From the NCBI GenBank assembly GCA_963762745.1, contig CAVXMB010000007.1, forward strand, positions 168,653-232,652: 64,000 nt of DNA. The letters run 5' to 3'. The number at the start of each line of letters is the position of its first letter. Within the stretch, counting starts at the first letter, position 1. A program made the translations under genes and the position numbers. This document shows, in pieces, positions 59,515 through 64,000 of this stretch. The notes below the pieces were generated by a model. That model did not search any database, was not told the DNA's origin, and saw nothing but the letters and a program-made list of their open reading frames with translations. The DNA comes from an uncultured Actinomycetota bacterium (lineage in GTDB: Bacteria; Actinomycetota; UBA4738; HRBIN12).

Positions 59515-59641
59515 GTCTCTTCCTCCCGTCGGCCGGCGTGGCGGTGATTCCGGTGCTCCGTCCCGGCGAATCCTAGTGAGCAGGTCGGATTCACGTCAAT
59601 GTCGTTCGGTACCGAACCATCTGGGGTCGCCTTCTGGGGCG

Positions 59642-62362
59642 GTGCACGGATGGGACAGGCGCCGGGAAGGCACGTCCGACGGCGCGGCTACGATAGGTGC
59701 CGTGGCGCCCCCCTCGTCCGACGCAGCCCCCGATCCGCCCCGAAGGCTCTTCATCCTGGACGGGCATTCCCTCGCGTATCGAGCGTTCTTCGCCCTGCCG
59801 AGCACCCTGGCGACCACGACGGGCCAGGTGACCAACGCCGTCTACGGCTTCACCTCCATGCTGATCAAGCTGCTGGCCGAGGAGCGTCCGGACCTGATCG
59901 CCGTGGCCTTCGACGTGGGGAAGCCGGTGGCGAGGCTGGCGATGGACGCGGACTACAAGGCCGGGAGGCGGGAGACGCCGGAGGACTTCAAGCCCCAGCT
60001 GGGCCTGATCCAGGAGGTCGTGGAGGCATTGCGGATCCGGATGCTCCGCGTGGCGGACCACGAGGCCGACGACGCGATCGGCACCCTCGCGATCCGGGCA
60101 GCGGAGCGAGGGATCGAGGCGACGATCGTCACGGCCGACCGGGACTTCTTCCAGCTCGTCCGGCCCGGCATCCGCGTGTTGTTCAACCGCCGAGGGATCT
60201 CCGACATCGCCCTGATGGACGAGGCCGCGGTGGAGGAGCGCTACGGGGTGCCGCCCTCGAAGTACCTCGAGTACGTGGCGCTGAAGGGCGACACGTCGGA
60301 CAACATCCCCGGCGTACCTGGAGTGGGTGACAAGACCGCGGCCAAGCTCGTCCAGGACTTCGGCTCCGTCGAGGAGCTGCTCGGACGAACCGACGAGCTG
60401 AAGGGGAAGCTCAAGGAGAACATCGAGGCGGCCGGCGAGCGGTTGATCTTGAACAAGGACCTGGCCCGGATCGTCACCGACGTGCCGCTCGACGTGGAAC
60501 CCCAGGATGCGGAGATGGGGGAATGGAACGTCGAGGAGGTCCGTCGGTTGTTCGTCTCGCTCGAGTTCCGGAGTCTGTTCGACCGGCTCATGGAACTGGC
60601 GAAAGACGTGAAACCCAAGGTCGACGTGACCGAGCTCGACCTCCGGCAGGTGTCGCCGGGGGAGCTCGCCGCTCTGCTCGGGGACGACCCCGTCGGCGTC
60701 TCGATCCACGAGGAGGCCGACGTGCTGATCGGTCTCGGGGTCTCCGCGGGCGGGGCGCAGGCCGCCTACGCGGCCCTCGACGGCCCGGGGCCGGTGGGCG
60801 AACGGCTCGCCGATCCGGCAACCCCGAAGTGGACCCACGACGCCAAGGCGCTCGAACGGGTCACGCTTCGAGCCGGCGCGCTCCTCGAGGGCGTGGCGTT
60901 CGACACCATGCTCGCCGGGTACCTCCTGGATCCCGGGACGGCGGACTATCCCCTCGCGTCGCTCTCGGAGCGCTACCTCGGCACCGACCTCTTCGGTGAC
61001 GAGGAAGAGGAAGCAGAGGGCCAGCTCTTCACCGAGGATCCCTGGCGACGCGTCGCCTCCGAGGCCGCCGCCGTGGCCCTCCTGGCGCCCGTCCTCGAGG
61101 AGCAGATCGATCGGCAGGGACTCCGGCCCCTCCTCGAGGACGTGGAGCTGCCCCTCGCCTCCGTCCTCGCGAGGATGGAGGCACGAGGGGTTCGCCTCGA
61201 CGTTCCCTACCTCGAGGAGATGGGGGAGTCGGTTCGCGACCGGATGGCGACCCTGAAGGCGGAGGTCTTCCAGCAGGCGGGACAGGAGTTCAACCTGAAC
61301 TCCCCGCCGCAGCTTCGAGCGATCCTCTACGACCAGCTCGGGCTCCAACCCGGGAAGAAGACGCCCAAGGGCGAGCTCTCCACGGACGCGAGCGTCCTCG
61401 AGAAGCTCCGCGACGCTCACCCGATCGTCGATGCGCTCCTGTCGTGGCGCGAGCTGGACAAGCTCAACTCCACCTACCTCGAGGCGCTGCCCCGGCTGGT
61501 CGACCCGAAGGACGGACGTCTCCACACGTCCTTCAACCAGACCGTCGCCGCGACCGGAAGGCTCTCCTCCTCGAACCCCAATCTGCAGAACATCCCGATC
61601 CGGTCCGAGCTCGGACGCCAGATCCGTCGCGCGTTCATCCCGGGGGCGGACGACCAGGTCCTGCTGGTGGCCGACTACTCACAGATCGAGCTCAGGATCC
61701 TGGCGCATCTCTCCGGCGACACGGGGCTCCGCGAGGCATTCGACTCGGGCCTCGATATCCACGCCGCCACTGCCGCTACGGTCTTCGACCTGCCGCCGGA
61801 GCACGTCGACGCGGAGATGCGCCGCCGGGCGAAGGCGGTGAACTACGGCCTCGCGTACGGGATGAACGCGTGGGGACTCGCCACCCGGCTGGGGATCACC
61901 GCGGATGAGGCCCAGGAGTTCATCGATGCCTACTTCGAGGGCTTCCCGGCGATCAAGGAGTACCTGCACCACCAGGTGGACCGGGCGACGGTCGAGGGCT
62001 TCACGGAGACCCTCCTCGGGCGACGTCGATACATCCCCGAGCTCCAGGCGGCGAACCCGAGGATCCGCGATCTCGGTCGCCGGCAGGCGCTGAACGCACC
62101 GATCCAGGGGAGCGCATCGGACGTCTTCAAGGTCGGGATGATCGCGGTGGATCGAGCCCTCCGCGATCGTCCGGAGTTCGATTGCCACATGCTCCTCACC
62201 GTCCACGACGAGCTGGTCTTCGAGGTCGCGAAGGAACGGGCCGAGGAGGCCGTCGAACTGATCAGAGAGCGGATGGAGCACGCGGTCGAGCTCGACGTCG
62301 ATCTCCGGGCAGACGTCGGTGTCGGGGCGAACTGGTCGGAGGCCGCACCCGAGGGCCACTGA
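59642..62362 (+). CDS. polA: DNA polymerase I
   Basis: 5'-3' exonuclease N-terminus (LFILDGHSLAYRAFFA), polymerase motifs RRAKAVNYGLAYG (motif B) and LLTVHDELVFE (motif C). The start is GTG 59642 or GTG 59702; the long upstream extension in the ORF track overlaps FTR1 and is spurious. Confidence 0.9.
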   Translation: MHGWDRRREGTSDGAATIGAVAPPSSDAAPDPPRRLFILDGHSLAYRAFFALPSTLATTTGQVTNAVYGFTSMLIKLLAEERPDLIAVAFDVGKPVARLAMDADYKAGRRETPEDFKPQLGLIQEVVEALRIRMLRVADHEADDAIGTLAIRAAERGIEATIVTADRDFFQLVRPGIRVLFNRRGISDIALMDEAAVEERYGVPPSKYLEYVALKGDTSDNIPGVPGVGDKTAAKLVQDFGSVEELLGRTDELKGKLKENIEAAGERLILNKDLARIVTDVPLDVEPQDAEMGEWNVEEVRRLFVSLEFRSLFDRLMELAKDVKPKVDVTELDLRQVSPGELAALLGDDPVGVSIHEEADVLIGLGVSAGGAQAAYAALDGPGPVGERLADPATPKWTHDAKALERVTLRAGALLEGVAFDTMLAGYLLDPGTADYPLASLSERYLGTDLFGDEEEEAEGQLFTEDPWRRVASEAAAVALLAPVLEEQIDRQGLRPLLEDVELPLASVLARMEARGVRLDVPYLEEMGESVRDRMATLKAEVFQQAGQEFNLNSPPQLRAILYDQLGLQPGKKTPKGELSTDASVLEKLRDAHPIVDALLSWRELDKLNSTYLEALPRLVDPKDGRLHTSFNQTVAATGRLSSSNPNLQNIPIRSELGRQIRRAFIPGADDQVLLVADYSQIELRILAHLSGDTGLREAFDSGLDIHAATAATVFDLPPEHVDAEMRRRAKAVNYGLAYGMNAWGLATRLGITADEAQEFIDAYFEGFPAIKEYLHHQVDRATVEGFTETLLGRRRYIPELQAANPRIRDLGRRQALNAPIQGSASDVFKVGMIAVDRALRDRPEFDCHMLLTVHDELVFEVAKERAEEAVELIRERMEHAVELDVDLRADVGVGANWSEAAPEGH

Positions 62363-62368
62363 GCCGGG

Positions 62369-63601
62369 ATGCGGAGCGGATCGCAGCGCGACGTCGCGGT
62401 GATCGTCGGCGTCTGCGCGATCGTGCTGATGCTCGGTGCAGTGGGCAAGGCGTGCCGGGGCTTCTGGCACGATCCGCTGTCGTTCGTCTGCCACAGCGAC
62501 ATCCGGGCCCTGTACGACCGGCGAGGCATGGATCGGGACCTCTTCCCGTATCTCCACGGTGAGCTGATCGTCACCACGCAGGACGAACCCCTGCGCTACG
62601 GGCTCCGGCCGGTCGACGGGGCCAACGAATACCCGGTGCTGACCGGGATCCTGATGTGGCTTCCGTCCCTCGTCGCCGACAGCAAGGACACCTACCTGCT
62701 CGCATCGATTGTCTTGCTCGCTCCGTTCGGACTCGCGACGGCGTGGCTCCTGGGTCGGATCACCGGGCGGCGAGCCCTGCTGTTCTCCGCGTCACCGCTG
62801 CTGGCGCTCTACGCCTTCCACAACTGGGATCTCGCCGTCGTCGCGGCGTCGGTCGCCGGATTCTGGTGCTGGCGGCGCGGAAGATCGATCGCCGGCGCGG
62901 TCTGGTTCGGGATCGGAGGAGCGCTGAAGCTCTATCCGCTGCTCTTCCTCCTCCCGCTCGTCCTGGAGCGTCTCCACGCGGGGGATCGGCGGGGAGCGAT
63001 CCGCGCGGGGGCGACCGGGGTCGGCACGTTCGTCCTGATCAACCTCCCGCTCCTGCTCCTGAGTCCCTCGGGGTGGGCGGTCGCTTATCGGTTCCAGGCG
63101 CTCCGCAAGCCCAACTACGACAGCCTGTGGGGCGTCCTCGGCACGACGTTCGAACTGGACCAGGGAACGATCACCACGCTCTCGACGCTGGCGGTGATCG
63201 TCGTTCTCGTCGTCGTCGTGTGGGAGACGGAGCGCCGCGCACGCCGGGAGGATCGATATCCGTTCCTGCCGGCGTGCGCGGCGCTCCTCGCCGGGTTCCT
63301 GCTGGCCAGCAAGGTGCACTCACCGCAGTACGCGCTGTGGCTCCTCCCTTTGTTCGTGCTGGTGCGGGTACGACTGGGCTGGTATCTCCTGTTCGTGGCC
63401 GGCAACGTGGTCATGTACCTCGCGATCTTCGGCGTCTCGGTCTGGAGCATCCATGCGCGGGACGTGCTGGTGACCGGGTCGGTGTGGGCGAGGACGGCGA
63501 CCCTCCTCATTCTGGTGGCTGCCTTCCTTCGCGCGCCGGCAGCCGATCCGTCCCTTGCCGAGGGCGCGGGATCGGCGGAGGCGACACTCCGTTCCGATTG
63601 A
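62369..63601 (+). CDS. polytopic membrane protein, GT-C/DUF2029 (GT87-like) glycosyltransferase family
   Basis: About 11 transmembrane helices with LKLYPLLFLLP and related motifs seen in DUF2029 mannosyltransferase-like proteins. It starts 7 nt after polA. Confidence 0.5.
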   Translation: MRSGSQRDVAVIVGVCAIVLMLGAVGKACRGFWHDPLSFVCHSDIRALYDRRGMDRDLFPYLHGELIVTTQDEPLRYGLRPVDGANEYPVLTGILMWLPSLVADSKDTYLLASIVLLAPFGLATAWLLGRITGRRALLFSASPLLALYAFHNWDLAVVAASVAGFWCWRRGRSIAGAVWFGIGGALKLYPLLFLLPLVLERLHAGDRRGAIRAGATGVGTFVLINLPLLLLSPSGWAVAYRFQALRKPNYDSLWGVLGTTFELDQGTITTLSTLAVIVVLVVVVWETERRARREDRYPFLPACAALLAGFLLASKVHSPQYALWLLPLFVLVRVRLGWYLLFVAGNVVMYLAIFGVSVWSIHARDVLVTGSVWARTATLLILVAAFLRAPAADPSLAEGAGSAEATLRSD

Positions 63602-63716
63602 CGGCGTTTGCGCTGGTCACCTACCCTTCCTGCGGCTCGCGGATCGCTCGCGCGCCGCGTCGCAAATCCCAACCCGCGATGCGGTGAGCCCCGCCTGCCG
63701 AAGGAGACCCACCGCC

Positions 63717-64000
63717 ATGAGTGACATCGAGACCACGACCGAGGAGACGCCGGAGAAGGCTGAGACGGTCGGAACCACGGCAGAGGCAGCCGAGACGACA
63801 GCCCCCGCCGACGGAGCGACTCCCGAGCAGGACCAAGCGGCGGCCGGAGAGGCGGAGACGACCGCTCTCGAGCAGCCCACGCCGGCCGAGCCGACCCCCG
63901 TCGTCGCCACCCCGGAGCCCGCGGGCGAGGACTACACCCCGGAGGAGCTCGTCCAGGCGATGGAGGCTTCGCTCCGGGACTTCAAGGACGGCGACATCAT
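63717..64000 (+). CDS. rpsA: 30S ribosomal protein S1, N-terminal part (continues beyond the window)
   Basis: An AAGGAG SD 10 nt upstream. After an acidic T/E/A/P-rich extension of about 70 aa, the sequence ...ELVQAMEASLRDFKDGDII matches the start of the first S1 domain. polA-rpsA synteny is as in mycobacteria. Confidence 0.7.
   Translation, partial: MSDIETTTEETPEKAETVGTTAEAAETTAPADGATPEQDQAAAGEAETTALEQPTPAEPTPVVATPEPAGEDYTPEELVQAMEASLRDFKDGDI

Noticed and set aside
58465-59547. 360-aa plus-strand ORF
   Set aside because: Antisense to the FTR1 permease; R/G-rich junk.

Overview
High-GC (~70%) actinobacterial-type chromosomal window with about 60 genes, mostly core and strongly syntenic with Mycobacterium/Corynebacteriales. 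Left to right: (1) the end of a GDP-fucose cluster (gmd, fcl) and a split class-III aminotransferase (rocD-like). (2) A small, lower-GC accessory block on the minus strand: an AadA-like nucleotidyltransferase, a DUF2630 protein, a 187-aa hypothetical and an unannotated small membrane ORF. (3) A LexA-box-controlled dnaE2 gene immediately followed by a catalytically intact dinB-type Y-family polymerase. (4) A DUF3040 protein, a MerR regulator and the conserved MoxR-DUF58-transglutaminase trio. (5) An HNH endonuclease. (6) A complete dcw cluster, mraZ-rsmH-ftsL-ftsI-murE-murF-mraY-murD-ftsW-murG-murC-murB-ftsQ-ftsZ, followed by yggS-sepF-yggT-divIVA. (7) ileS on the minus strand with an actinobacterial T-box leader. 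(8) A dksA/traR-like gene, lspA, rluD and replicative dnaE. (9) A hisA/priA homolog fused to the front of trpC-trpB-trpA. (10) A liv-type branched-chain ABC transporter plus an ornithine-cyclodeaminase-family gene. (11) tRNA-Leu(CAA), two lipoproteins and a polar amino-acid ABC transporter. (12) A solo FTR1 iron permease, polA, a GT-C/DUF2029-like membrane protein and the 5' end of rpsA. The most interesting signals read from the sequence are: three LexA-type boxes (two near-identical, TCGAAC-AGGT-GTTCGA/G) marking a compact SOS locus that includes a novel small W/R-rich ORF; several coding-quality small ORFs missing from the ORF track; four apparent +1 frameshifts (fcl, rocD, dnaE2, trpB); a T-box leader on ileS; and MraZ-type GTGG repeats with an extra 37-aa peptide ORF between mraZ and rsmH. 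No CRISPR array or mobile element was seen.
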